Shown here in pieces: positions 39,106-49,047 of a DNA stretch of 64,000 nt. The number at the start of each line of letters is the position of its first letter. Position 1 is the stretch's first letter. The translations under genes and the position numbers were made by a program. The notes beneath the pieces were generated by a model. The model was not told the origin of the DNA, did not search any database, and saw only the letters and a list, made by a program, of their open reading frames with translations. Source of the stretch: Thermoplasmatota archaeon. Its GTDB lineage: Archaea > Thermoplasmatota > Penumbrarchaeia > Penumbrarchaeales > Penumbrarchaeaceae. The DNA is taken from contig CBDDUX010000007.1 of assembly GCA_965234725.1 (NCBI GenBank), positions 63,293 to 127,292 of the forward strand, read 5' to 3'.

Positions 39106-39581
39106 AGGATACCCTTGAAAGGAAGGATTCCCGGTTGAAGGTCCAGACAGTGCTCGGGGCGGTCAAGGAGAGATTGGTAGAATACAGGTTCAATATCGAC
39201 ATCTACGATCTGAAGGATGGGGCCCTGACAGGAAGGAGAAACACCCTTGACAAGATAGTGCTTGGACTTTACAGGAACGTTTCCGTTCTGGTGAAGAAAA
39301 CTGATGGTGGGCAGACAGGTGACCTTTCCATCACCCTGGAATGGGGGGGTCTAATCTTATCGAACATTCTGACATTCGCCTTCACATTCCTTGTAGCCTA
39401 TGCAATTTTGAAAGGTGAGGGGCTGATAGCCTTCGCGTATTCCATACCGGTGGGTTTCCTGTTCGTTATCCTTAATCTTGGATTGTTCATCCTGATGAGG
39501 GTAAGGATCAGAAAAAGGATCAAAGAGGACCTGAGGGACTTGGAAAAAGAGGAGAAAAGGAGAGGCAGGTCCAATCGGTGA
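39102..39581 (+). CDS. Hypothetical membrane protein (two TM segments)
   Basis: ATGA coupling to the upstream gene; two hydrophobic helices and a basic tail. Confidence 0.7.
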   Translation: MKDTLERKDSRLKVQTVLGAVKERLVEYRFNIDIYDLKDGALTGRRNTLDKIVLGLYRNVSVLVKKTDGGQTGDLSITLEWGGLILSNILTFAFTFLVAYAILKGEGLIAFAYSIPVGFLFVILNLGLFILMRVRIRKRIKEDLRDLEKEEKRRGRSNR

Positions 39582-39586
39582 TCCTA

Positions 39587-42500
39587 TCAAAGGATCTCGC
39601 TTTCTTCGATCATCATAACTTCCTCGGTATTGAAATTCCCTCTCTTCTTGACCAGGACAATTACAAGAACAGGGATCGATACCAGAGCTATTAATGCAAG
39701 AAGGAGAGATATTACTATCACAAGGATCGATGTCCCTCCTTCCTGAGTCCTTTTCTGGTAATCTTCCTGGGAAAGGACCTCGATCTTAAGGGACTCTTCT
39801 CTTTCGTTGGTCCTACCGGCTACATCCTCTATAGTCACGATGACAGTGTAACTTCCGAGTCCATCATACAGATGGGAGACTTCGGTCCCGTATATCCAAT
39901 CTGATCTCTCCCCGTCTCCGAAATCGATCATGAAGCGGTAGACCTCTATATCATCAGTGGACCCGAGGATGGTGAATCTAACGGAACCCATCTCTGCAAG
40001 GATCGTCCTGTTCGATGACAGGACAGCTGTGGGTGGAGAAGTGTCGATGTTGATGTCACGTCTTCTAACAGGTTCAGTATTGCCTGCCATGTCCTGGCTA
40101 TAGAAATGGACAGTGTTCCTTCCAGGTATGAAATCCATCTCTTGTCCGGAGTATTCCTGATATTCATCACCATCCAGGGAGATATATGTTATCTCCGGGG
40201 ATACAGGTGGAAGGACCGTCCTAAGGTCAATTGAGGGAGGGGTGTCATAGAACCAATCCCCGCTGTCTGGTGCCCTATCAAAGACCAGCTCGGTCACCGG
40301 GGGAGTGTTGTCTATCATTATTTCGAATGTGCCACCCTCTGCACGGTTCCCCGCGGGATCAACTGCCCAGACAGTGACCGAATACTCACCATCCCCCAGA
40401 AGGACCGAGGATGAATATGAGTAAGGTCCTTCGTCAGCAATATCGAAAAGGATATCGACCCCGGACTCTTTTGAAAGAAGTGTCATATAAACTGGCAGCG
40501 AACACCACCCGGTGCAAAGCGGCGGATCGAATTCGACCTGCAGGTCCGGAGGGGTGCTGTCGACCTTGAAATATGATGTCTTCACTGTTCCTGTTCTTCC
40601 GGAAGGTGTGGCAGCATAGTATTCTACTGCCCATTCTCCATCCTCAAGCTCAAAAGGTGACGAATATTCGTAAGGCCCCTCCCCGTTCAACAAGAACCAT
40701 CCCTCAGCCCCTCCTTCAATCACAAGTGTTACCAGAGGAGGTTTGCTGTAGAATCCGGATTCCCCGTCAGGGATCTTGGGACTGACTACCATTTCGACCG
40801 ATGGGTCACCCAGGTCGACCTTGATCTCCACCATTTTGCTTTCGTCTGTCCTTCCCGCAAGGTCCTCTGACCAGTATTCCAAATCCCAGTTCCCGTGACC
40901 TGGGCGGAATGGACCGTTGTATTGGACTGGACCGTTCCCGAGATCATAGTATGTGACATCCACCTGAACTTCCGTTTCCAGACCGATCAACGGATCTGTG
41001 ATGTAGTATCCATTCGCGCCATCAGGGTCCTCAGGATCGATGGATATGGATGTTACCGGATCGATGGTGTCAACTTTGAATTCCAGCTCCCTTTCATCCT
41101 CTCTCAATCCGAAAGGCCCCTGGGCAAAAAAATGAAGAGTGCTCGGACCCTCCGGTGGATGAAGTGAGGTTGAATATTCCTGGAAGGGACCTTCGTTCCA
41201 GGCATACATGACGTGGGATCCCTCCGATGTTTCAAGAGATATTCCAGGTGTATCCAGGTAATACCCGTTCTTACCTGTAGGGTTCGGAGGGGAGACCAGA
41301 ACATCGGTCTCCGGGGGTTCCAGGTCAGATATGTCGACCGACACGTCTATAGATGATCCGGTCTGGGTGGTGTGAACAATAACATAAAGTACGTCATAAT
41401 CAACATCGAAACCTGACAATCTATACAGTAACTGATCGGATCCATCCCCGGATAGGTTGGCAGAGTAAACTACTTCCCCTTCAGAGGTCCCGATCAAAAG
41501 AGCATGGACATAGGATTCGTGATCGACGGATATGGAAAGTGAAGGTGAACCAGAGAGGAATCTCAGATAGTACCCTGAATACCTCACCGTATCTGTAATT
41601 GTATGGGAAGCCGGATAGGAGCTTGTCTGGAACTCAAAGCTTCTGATCCCGATATCTATCAATCCCTGGTCGTAAATCCCTCCACCGTAAATGGGATCGT
41701 CGACGATATCCGCTCCCTTTTCCTTTGCAACGATATCGTTGAACCTGTCCGCTTCTCCATCCTCAGCCAACTCACCGTTGATCGAGGATACCGAGTTCCT
41801 GCTATCGGCAGTAAGGTCCCTTATGAACTCCTTGCCACCGTAATGATTGGCAAGATATGCGACGAATGCGTAGGCCCTTCCGTAGTCAGCAATGGTCTCG
41901 ATATAATCCGGAGGCTGTCCCTCATCCCATAGAAGCAGGTCGTTCCTTGGATGTGTTTCATAGGTATCGATGTGGCTCTGTATGCCCTGGGTCCCCGGAC
42001 CAAGGGAGATCCTTGCTGAGAGATCCGCCAGACCCTCATTCAGCCATACCTCTTCATTAGGGTCAAGATCATAATGGAGAAGATGCTGGAACTCATGGGC
42101 CACTATCTCAAAGGACCAGGACCTCGAATACTGCAGGTCCTGTGAATCCACGAAAAGATCCTTCCTGGTAAGGGGGGAGCCGAGGAAGAAACCTCCAGTG
42201 TTTCCGGGACCATCTCCGAAATCGTATATCCTGATATCGATCACATCATATGGATTGTCAGGATGGAACCAGTCGGTTGCGTTCGGATAGATACTGTCGT
42301 CGAATATATCTCCCAAAGCCTGGATGTCCGATGATTGGACCGTCAGACCATCTTCCACGAATATCCTGGAATGTATGTTTTCCGAGACAAGGTCCCAGTT
42401 CGCTGGGGGGGGATTGGATCTTGTGGAAGTGGACCCATCCGGCTCATTGGTGGACATCTCCCTTATTATGGAGGTTGCATCAATTGGTGGAAGGATCGGA

Positions 42501-42676
42501 TCGCCATTGGCCCATACATCGGATACCAATGAGATCGCTCTGGAGACTCGTTCTTGAAGATCAATTGGTAATTGTACATTCCCGTCAATAATATGATCCG
42601 TCGGTAGGATCGAACCCAAAACTGAAGGTATCAAAAGGAGAAGGACGACGGATATGGCTGCAGGAATATATCTCAC
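39587..42676 (-). CDS. Anchored extracellular zinc metallopeptidase (M30/gluzincin-like) with Ig-like repeats and PKD
   Basis: Signal peptide; AHEFQHLLH and WLNEGLA; repeated DxxPPxT...GxxGYY...YWSxDxAG units; DFGDG...HLYDGLGSYTV; C-terminal TM. Confidence 0.85.
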   Translation of the reverse strand: MRYIPAAISVVLLLLIPSVLGSILPTDHIIDGNVQLPIDLQERVSRAISLVSDVWANGDPILPPIDATSIIREMSTNEPDGSTSTRSNPPPANWDLVSENIHSRIFVEDGLTVQSSDIQALGDIFDDSIYPNATDWFHPDNPYDVIDIRIYDFGDGPGNTGGFFLGSPLTRKDLFVDSQDLQYSRSWSFEIVAHEFQHLLHYDLDPNEEVWLNEGLADLSARISLGPGTQGIQSHIDTYETHPRNDLLLWDEGQPPDYIETIADYGRAYAFVAYLANHYGGKEFIRDLTADSRNSVSSINGELAEDGEADRFNDIVAKEKGADIVDDPIYGGGIYDQGLIDIGIRSFEFQTSSYPASHTITDTVRYSGYYLRFLSGSPSLSISVDHESYVHALLIGTSEGEVVYSANLSGDGSDQLLYRLSGFDVDYDVLYVIVHTTQTGSSIDVSVDISDLEPPETDVLVSPPNPTGKNGYYLDTPGISLETSEGSHVMYAWNEGPFQEYSTSLHPPEGPSTLHFFAQGPFGLREDERELEFKVDTIDPVTSISIDPEDPDGANGYYITDPLIGLETEVQVDVTYYDLGNGPVQYNGPFRPGHGNWDLEYWSEDLAGRTDESKMVEIKVDLGDPSVEMVVSPKIPDGESGFYSKPPLVTLVIEGGAEGWFLLNGEGPYEYSSPFELEDGEWAVEYYAATPSGRTGTVKTSYFKVDSTPPDLQVEFDPPLCTGWCSLPVYMTLLSKESGVDILFDIADEGPYSYSSSVLLGDGEYSVTVWAVDPAGNRAEGGTFEIMIDNTPPVTELVFDRAPDSGDWFYDTPPSIDLRTVLPPVSPEITYISLDGDEYQEYSGQEMDFIPGRNTVHFYSQDMAGNTEPVRRRDINIDTSPPTAVLSSNRTILAEMGSVRFTILGSTDDIEVYRFMIDFGDGERSDWIYGTEVSHLYDGLGSYTVIVTIEDVAGRTNEREESLKIEVLSQEDYQKRTQEGGTSILVIVISLLLALIALVSIPVLVIVLVKKRGNFNTEEVMMIEESEIL

Positions 42677-42755
42677 AATATTAATTCCGACTTAACCTAA
42701 TTAAATTCGGCGGCTAGAGTTGCTCATATTGAGTCAATTAGAATGAAAAACCGGG

Positions 42756-43184
42756 TCATGCGACCTCTATACCCGAGGATGGAGGTGATTTCTTGTTCTT
42801 TGCCTTGATATTCACATTGGGCATGGGCATAGGTGGAGGAAGGTTGACCTCCCGGCTTAGGAGAACTGCTACAGGCATGCAGGTCTTCATTATGGAGGAG
42901 TGGATCTCCTGCGCGGCCTTGTCGGGCATCTGACCCGACTCGCTCCAGGTCTCATAAAGCTCTTTGGCATCCTCTCCGGTGTATGTTATCCTTCCTTCCA
43001 AGGAGACGGTTCCCAGGCCAGTGTATGTGGCAGCGAACCTGAAATCCACTCTGGCCGTATCCTGCTCCGTGAGATAGATCTGGGATATGTTCGAGTTTAC
43101 ATCTATCCTGATGTTCATCTTTGGATTGGCCATACCGGCCCTTTTGGCTTCGATATTGAGGAGCTCAGTCCTTGCTACACCCAT
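42756..43184 (-). CDS. Conserved archaeal hypothetical protein (possibly SecB-like fold)
   Basis: Alternating beta pattern (VDFRFAATY...VSLEGRITY), helix, then LSREVNLPPPMP; GGAGG RBS. Confidence 0.65.
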   Translation of the reverse strand: MGVARTELLNIEAKRAGMANPKMNIRIDVNSNISQIYLTEQDTARVDFRFAATYTGLGTVSLEGRITYTGEDAKELYETWSESGQMPDKAAQEIHSSIMKTCMPVAVLLSREVNLPPPMPMPNVNIKAKNKKSPPSSGIEVA

Positions 43185-43237
43185 TTTCCTGCGCCTCCTT
43201 GGGACTTTTTCCTATTGCCGTTCTGGTATATCTCATT

Positions 43238-43957
43238 TTATTTTCGACCGCTCATCTTATCACCCCGAGAAGCGGCCATGGTCCTATGAAATGAGCACAT
43301 ATCTGAGAGGGGGCAGGATCCACAAGTGGGAGCCCTTTTACATTTATCCTTACCAAGGAGTACCATCAGGGCGTGGAACCGGTTGTAGAATAATGTATCT
43401 CCCATTAGATTTCCAGTGAGAAAGATGGCAAGGTCATCATATCCTCTTCCTGGAATTGCTTTGCGCAACTCTTCCCCGAAAACCCTACCAAGGATCCTCC
43501 AGGTGTAGGCATCTATAACGAGAACTGTGTGACCTGCAGCATAGCAAAGAATGGAATCAGCTGTCTCCTTTCCGATCCCTGTGATGGAAAGGAGCCTCTC
43601 CCTGGCTTGGGGGAGAGGCATCCCTTTTAGTGATGTTAAGTCTCCCCCAAGTTCAATCTGGATGAATCCACACAGATTCCTCAGATAGATCGATTTCCGG
43701 TTGAAATGACCTGCAGGCCTGATAGCCTCTAACAGGACAGACGGGTCGCATGACAAGATATCCGAAGGGGATAACAACCCCAATGACTTCAGATCCTTTA
43801 TCGCCTTCTCAACGCTGCTCCAGGCTGTATTCTGGGTCAGGACGGCTCCCACTGCCACCTCAAACGGGCTCTCTCCCGGCCACCATTTTGGATCATTATA
43901 ATGGGAATATAAACTCGAGTATATCCGGACAAGGCGAACGGTCCATTGCCCTTCCAT
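43238..43957 (-). CDS. HhH-GPD DNA glycosylase-family protein (endonuclease III-related) with [4Fe-4S] motif
   Basis: WWP..SPFEVAVGAVLTQNTAW, LLSITGIGKETADSIL, VIDAY, CKRAPTCGSCPLSDMC. Confidence 0.9.
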   Translation of the reverse strand: MEGQWTVRLVRIYSSLYSHYNDPKWWPGESPFEVAVGAVLTQNTAWSSVEKAIKDLKSLGLLSPSDILSCDPSVLLEAIRPAGHFNRKSIYLRNLCGFIQIELGGDLTSLKGMPLPQARERLLSITGIGKETADSILCYAAGHTVLVIDAYTWRILGRVFGEELRKAIPGRGYDDLAIFLTGNLMGDTLFYNRFHALMVLLGKDKCKRAPTCGSCPLSDMCSFHRTMAASRGDKMSGRK

Positions 43958-44031
43958 AGGTGCCCAAAGCTGACCTCGATATTACCCTTTTGCGGGTAAA
44001 GTCCAATTGCCATCAGTTGATTCACCTTACG

Positions 44032-45777
44032 ATGGCAAGACCAAGAGCGGTCCAGGATGAAGGAAGACCGGACGGATCATGGAGGCATCTGATAATAGAC
44101 GGATATGTCGATGAGCCGGCCGAACTTGGAGTGCCTCCCTACCTCTCTCCAACTGTCAGGTCACTTGCAGGAGGACTGATCTCAGGTGGAGCAAAGGAAA
44201 GTGAAGTGGGATATCTTACAGTGGACCAATGGAGAGCTCTGAGAGGAAGAGGGGTGGGTCTTTCTGGTTTGAAGAAACTGGAATCCATCATCCTTGTCAC
44301 TGGTTGCGTGGTCCCTGGAAAATACCTGAGAGGGACTCCGATATCCCCAAGGGAGACCACCGAGTTCTTTGAGGAGTGCCACGCACCTTTACAAATAGTC
44401 ACGGGTTCTGCCGCTGGTTTACATAAAGTTGATGGTGTGGTGATCCACACAGGAGACCCGGGGATACTTGGATGTTCCATAGCAACCGGTGGTACGGCAT
44501 CCTCCCGGGCCAGATCGATCGATGAATGGGACCTGAACCTGATCTTGGGAGCTTTCATCACCTCAAGACATCCGGACCATCCCAGCCCACTTATCTGCGA
44601 GATCGAGACCTCTGTGGGATGTCCGAGATTCGTTACTGGCGGATGCTCTTTCTGTATGGAACCCAAAAGGGGACCGGTCCAATTCAGAGAACCGAAGAAG
44701 GTCATAGAGGAGGTCAGAGAACTCTCAAAATACGGTGTGGAGAATATCAGGATAGGTGGTCAATCAGACCTTGTTTCTTACATGTCACCTGATGTAGGCC
44801 GGAGCGAGGTCCCTGAACCTGATCCAGAGGTGATCTCCGAGTTGATGCTTGGTGTAATGAAAGAACTTCATAACGGAAAAGGGGTCAAGGAGGCTACCTC
44901 TCTGGGTGGAAGGATCGGAATAGATACCGGCATCGTTCACACTGATAACGCAAATCCTGCTGTGATCGCTGAATATCCCGAACGGTCTTTGGATGCTCTC
45001 AAAGCAATAAAAGATGGGTCCACAGGTGGATCGGTGCTTGCACTGGGTCTGGAATCCTCTGATCCCCTGGTCAAGGAAAGGAACAACCTGAATTCAACCC
45101 CCGAACAGGTCCTTGAAGCCGTCAGAATAATGAACAATGTTGGAAGGGAGTATTCTCCAAATGGACTCCCCGGGCTTCTACCTGGACTGAACTTCCTTGG
45201 AGGTCTTCCTGGACAGACAGTATCTTCCTTTGAGGCAGATCTGGAGCTCCTTAAGAACATACTGAAGGAGGGACTTCTTCTGCGAAGGATAAATATCCGC
45301 AAAGTGATCGATAACGTAACTCACCCCGAAAGGACCGATAGTGTCGAAAGAATGGGACTCACAAGTGCTTTTAGGGAATTCAAGGATGAGGTCAGGTCCA
45401 CAATAGATACTCAAATGCTTTCAAGGATCCTTCCAACAGGAAGTGTTCTGAAAGGGATACACACAGAAGCGGTAAGTGGACATGTTGTCTTTGGGAGGCA
45501 GATCGGATCCTACCCGATCTTGGTCGGGATCCCTCATCGAGTTGAAATAGGGAAGAAAGTTGACATTGCTGTAACTGAAGTATCCTCCAGATCGATCACA
45601 GGATTCGTAACACCTTTCGATATTGGCAACGCGTCCTTCCGGGATCTGTCCGCCCTCCCCGGGATCGGGAAGAGAAGGGCAGCTTCTGTATTCAGGGCGG
45701 TCGGAAGGGGAGATGGATTGCCAAAGGATGCTTTCAAGGACAATGAATGGGTCCTTGAACATTTGGCCCCATTCTGA
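44032..45777 (+). CDS. Archaeal radical SAM protein with TRAM-like and helix-hairpin-helix C-terminus
   Basis: IIDGYVDEPAELGVPPYLSP, CPRFVTGGCSFC, HTDNANP, GLES, LLRRINIR, FGRQIGSYPILVG, LPGIGKRRA. Confidence 0.85.
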   Translation: MARPRAVQDEGRPDGSWRHLIIDGYVDEPAELGVPPYLSPTVRSLAGGLISGGAKESEVGYLTVDQWRALRGRGVGLSGLKKLESIILVTGCVVPGKYLRGTPISPRETTEFFEECHAPLQIVTGSAAGLHKVDGVVIHTGDPGILGCSIATGGTASSRARSIDEWDLNLILGAFITSRHPDHPSPLICEIETSVGCPRFVTGGCSFCMEPKRGPVQFREPKKVIEEVRELSKYGVENIRIGGQSDLVSYMSPDVGRSEVPEPDPEVISELMLGVMKELHNGKGVKEATSLGGRIGIDTGIVHTDNANPAVIAEYPERSLDALKAIKDGSTGGSVLALGLESSDPLVKERNNLNSTPEQVLEAVRIMNNVGREYSPNGLPGLLPGLNFLGGLPGQTVSSFEADLELLKNILKEGLLLRRINIRKVIDNVTHPERTDSVERMGLTSAFREFKDEVRSTIDTQMLSRILPTGSVLKGIHTEAVSGHVVFGRQIGSYPILVGIPHRVEIGKKVDIAVTEVSSRSITGFVTPFDIGNASFRDLSALPGIGKRRAASVFRAVGRGDGLPKDAFKDNEWVLEHLAPF

Positions 45778-45861
45778 GAGAAGAAGTGGATTGTAAGCAC
45801 ATATAACGCAAACGATTTTAATAATTGGGCTCCGATAGACGGGTATAAGGAAGGTGCATCG

Positions 45862-48800
45862 ATGCGATCAAGATGGGGCTCTGTCCTTCTCGCTGCACTG
45901 CTGGCTTCCTCCCTGCTCCCATTTTTCATGCAGGAAGGGGCGGACGGTGCTTATAGTGGAGACTTCCCGAGGAACTACAACATGCAGGATTACGAACCGA
46001 GTGCCGAGGAGCAGTGGGACCTCGATGTAACTGGAACCGAGGACGGCAAGTACTTTGCTGTCTGGGCTGACATGAGGATCTTCCCGGACATCAGGTTCTC
46101 CAAGTCCCAGAACGGGACTTCGTGGGGTGACGGTGAATTCAACAACAATGATATAGTGGTCAACAGTGATTCCGGTGAAGGATTGGACCACTGGGCACCC
46201 TCAATAGCCGCTGACAGCCGCCCCAGGCTTTACTGTGTTTGGCTTGATAACGGAGGGGATGGGGTCAGACTGATGATGTCCACATCCAATAACAGCGGAA
46301 ATTTCTGGGTACCTGCCATTCATATCAGCGTGGTCACAGGCCAGATCTCTGAACCGGAGATCGTATGGTCACCCACTGCTGGCCTCGTTATAGTCTATGT
46401 CCTTGAGCACGAGAGGACGCCAGGTGGAAGTCTCGAAAAGGATATTATGTTCACATGGTCCACCAACGAGGGTGAATCGTTCTCCACACCTGTTATGCTG
46501 AATGACGATGATAGTGAAGAAGACCAGTTACACCCATCTGTTTCTGTCTCCTCAGGTGGTAGGATCGTTGTGGCATGGGAAGATTACAGGAATGGGGATT
46601 CCGTCTCAGGTTACAACAGTGACATCTACATGGCCTATACAACAACTGGCCTGTCTTTCACAAATGATATAAGGGTCGGCAGGACAGGAGAGGATGACAA
46701 GCAACAGTATCCTGACGCTTCTTTTTCAAAAAGGGGAGACATTCTGGTGGTGTGGCAGGAATCAACCCTCTCAGGATGGAGGGTCAAGTATTCTCTCGGA
46801 TGGGCGGCTTCACAAGGATGGGACCGGAATATGTCCATCAGCTATCCAGCCACAGCAGAGAACCTGACAACCGATGACCAGTTCAGGCCAAAGGTCGGAT
46901 TCATAGACGGAGCTTTTTCCATAGCATGGGTAGAAGTTGATATCAGGGATTTCTACCTGGTCAGATGCGCTTATCTGACAAGGATAGGGGACTTTACAAC
47001 AGGCAATCATATTGTGGACAACAGCATCGATCTTGGGACGTTCATAAATGATCCTGATATCTATATATCTGAAATGTACAGGGAAACTGTTTCGGTAATT
47101 GGGACAGGGACGAAGACCCAGGTATTCTGGCTCGACCAGAGGACAGACCCGAATCCCTCCAATGATCTGAATCAGGACTCGGACCCCTACACAGCTACCG
47201 CCATCAAGGATACTTCTCTTCCGATACCCCCTGCCGTCGTCCAGGCCACAACATCATTTGTTTCCTGGGGGGAGGCAACCATCAAATGGGACATATCGCC
47301 TGATGTCGAGTTCAAGGGATACTACCTGGCGATATCAAAAGGCACTAACCCACCGTATCCGGATGAGAATATCAACAACGGTTCGATCACGAACAGGATC
47401 ACCACATCGTTCACCTTCAATGACCTTGCACCCAAAACTCAGTATTCTGTCAGGTTGTTAACCCTGGATCGATTTGGCAACAGAGCATATTCGAACCCTG
47501 TTCAATTCTTCACCGGATCGAATTCACTACCCAACTTCAAGTTCATCGAGCCTGATGGGATGGATGATGATGTTGACTCGGGTTTGACCATCTCATGGGA
47601 ATGCTCGGATCCAGAAGAGATCGCGGAGTTCACCATCCACTATGATACAGACCTCGATCCGGAAGGTCAGGTATTCCTGTATGGGGGAACCACATCGGAT
47701 GGAAATGGTTTCGGAGAGTACTTCTGGAATACAACCAACATTCCTTCAGGTGGCTATACATTGAACGCCACCATATCCGATGATGTCAACGACCCTGTAA
47801 CCGTTTATTCACCGGCTATCATTGTTACACACAGGACTATTATCAAGGACCACCCCAGAGTCCTTTCGGTGAGCGTGGAAGGTGGTGTTGGATCTGCATT
47901 TGCTGATTCTTCTGTTACGGTCACCTTCTCCAAACCGATCTCTCAGGTCTCATTGAACACTGATTCATTCTTTGTCCTGGACCCAATGAACCAAAGAGTT
48001 TTAGGAACCATCTCGATGAGTGGTGAAGACAGGATGATCTGGCACCCATTGGAACATCTGGAGTTCGGAAGTCAGTATACTCTGGTGTTGAAGCCTGGGA
48101 TCACGGATCTTTCAGGTATTGAATTGGATGGGTCCAATATCGGACAGCCCTCCGCTTATGAGTTCACCTTCACGACAAGGTCAGATTCCAAGGAACCCAT
48201 CGTCAGGAAGTGGAGCCCCCAAGGATCGGGAACACCTATGAGACCATCGATAATTGCCGAATTCGACATACCGATCTCCACATCCACACTTAACAGCGAT
48301 AATATCATTCTCAAAGGTCCGTCCGGTAGAGAGATCCCTCTAGGTATTGAAACTGAAGATGGTGACCTTAAGGTGACAATGAAGCCTCAGGAGCCTCTCT
48401 CTTCAAATTCGACCTATTCATTGACAATTCTCACAGGTATAACCAGCCAGAAAGGGCAGAGGCTCGGATCACAGTTCAAATGGAACTTCACCACAGGAGA
48501 ACCAGTCATGTCACAGGATTCCGACAGTGATTCCACACCTGATGACCTGGACTGGTTCCCCAACGACCCTTCGGAATCGAAGGATACCGACAGGGACGGA
48601 ATAGGGGACAATAAGGACCTCGATGATGATGGGGACGGGATGCCAGACATCTGGGAGGAAAAATACGGATTCGATCCTCTTGATCCTTCGGATGCAGAAG
48701 GTGATGCTGATGATGATGGTAGATCGAACCTTGATGAATACCTTGAGAGAAGCAATCCAATTTCCGGTTCAGTGGAGAAAGACAACACTTTGGTCTACTA

Positions 48801-48918
48801 CCTGATTCTGATGGCGGTTGGAATGATAATAATAATCTCCCTTGTCATTTACGCTGTGGTTTTAAGGAAGAACATCCGGGAAAAGGAAGAACACCGTAAC
48901 TTCTTCCAGGAGGAATGA
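45862..48918 (+). CDS. Large anchored surface protein: propeller/BNR-like head, FN3, Ig-like, TSP3-like, TM
   Basis: Signal peptide; SxNxGxxW and AWEDYRN repeats; DLAPKTQYSV; VTFSKPI and AEFDIPI domains; DGDGMPDIWE; TM. Confidence 0.83.
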   Translation: MRSRWGSVLLAALLASSLLPFFMQEGADGAYSGDFPRNYNMQDYEPSAEEQWDLDVTGTEDGKYFAVWADMRIFPDIRFSKSQNGTSWGDGEFNNNDIVVNSDSGEGLDHWAPSIAADSRPRLYCVWLDNGGDGVRLMMSTSNNSGNFWVPAIHISVVTGQISEPEIVWSPTAGLVIVYVLEHERTPGGSLEKDIMFTWSTNEGESFSTPVMLNDDDSEEDQLHPSVSVSSGGRIVVAWEDYRNGDSVSGYNSDIYMAYTTTGLSFTNDIRVGRTGEDDKQQYPDASFSKRGDILVVWQESTLSGWRVKYSLGWAASQGWDRNMSISYPATAENLTTDDQFRPKVGFIDGAFSIAWVEVDIRDFYLVRCAYLTRIGDFTTGNHIVDNSIDLGTFINDPDIYISEMYRETVSVIGTGTKTQVFWLDQRTDPNPSNDLNQDSDPYTATAIKDTSLPIPPAVVQATTSFVSWGEATIKWDISPDVEFKGYYLAISKGTNPPYPDENINNGSITNRITTSFTFNDLAPKTQYSVRLLTLDRFGNRAYSNPVQFFTGSNSLPNFKFIEPDGMDDDVDSGLTISWECSDPEEIAEFTIHYDTDLDPEGQVFLYGGTTSDGNGFGEYFWNTTNIPSGGYTLNATISDDVNDPVTVYSPAIIVTHRTIIKDHPRVLSVSVEGGVGSAFADSSVTVTFSKPISQVSLNTDSFFVLDPMNQRVLGTISMSGEDRMIWHPLEHLEFGSQYTLVLKPGITDLSGIELDGSNIGQPSAYEFTFTTRSDSKEPIVRKWSPQGSGTPMRPSIIAEFDIPISTSTLNSDNIILKGPSGREIPLGIETEDGDLKVTMKPQEPLSSNSTYSLTILTGITSQKGQRLGSQFKWNFTTGEPVMSQDSDSDSTPDDLDWFPNDPSESKDTDRDGIGDNKDLDDDGDGMPDIWEEKYGFDPLDPSDAEGDADDDGRSNLDEYLERSNPISGSVEKDNTLVYYLILMAVGMIIIISLVIYAVVLRKNIREKEEHRNFFQEE

Positions 48919-49047
48919 GGGGTCCCTTTCAGGGGTCAACCAAGCGGTGAAATTAAATAGCATGCAATGAAAAGACCGCAAATTAATTCAAACCCTTGAC
49001 AGATTGTCCTCCATCCAACCTCCTCTCGGAAGAGATAGGTGATGTCT

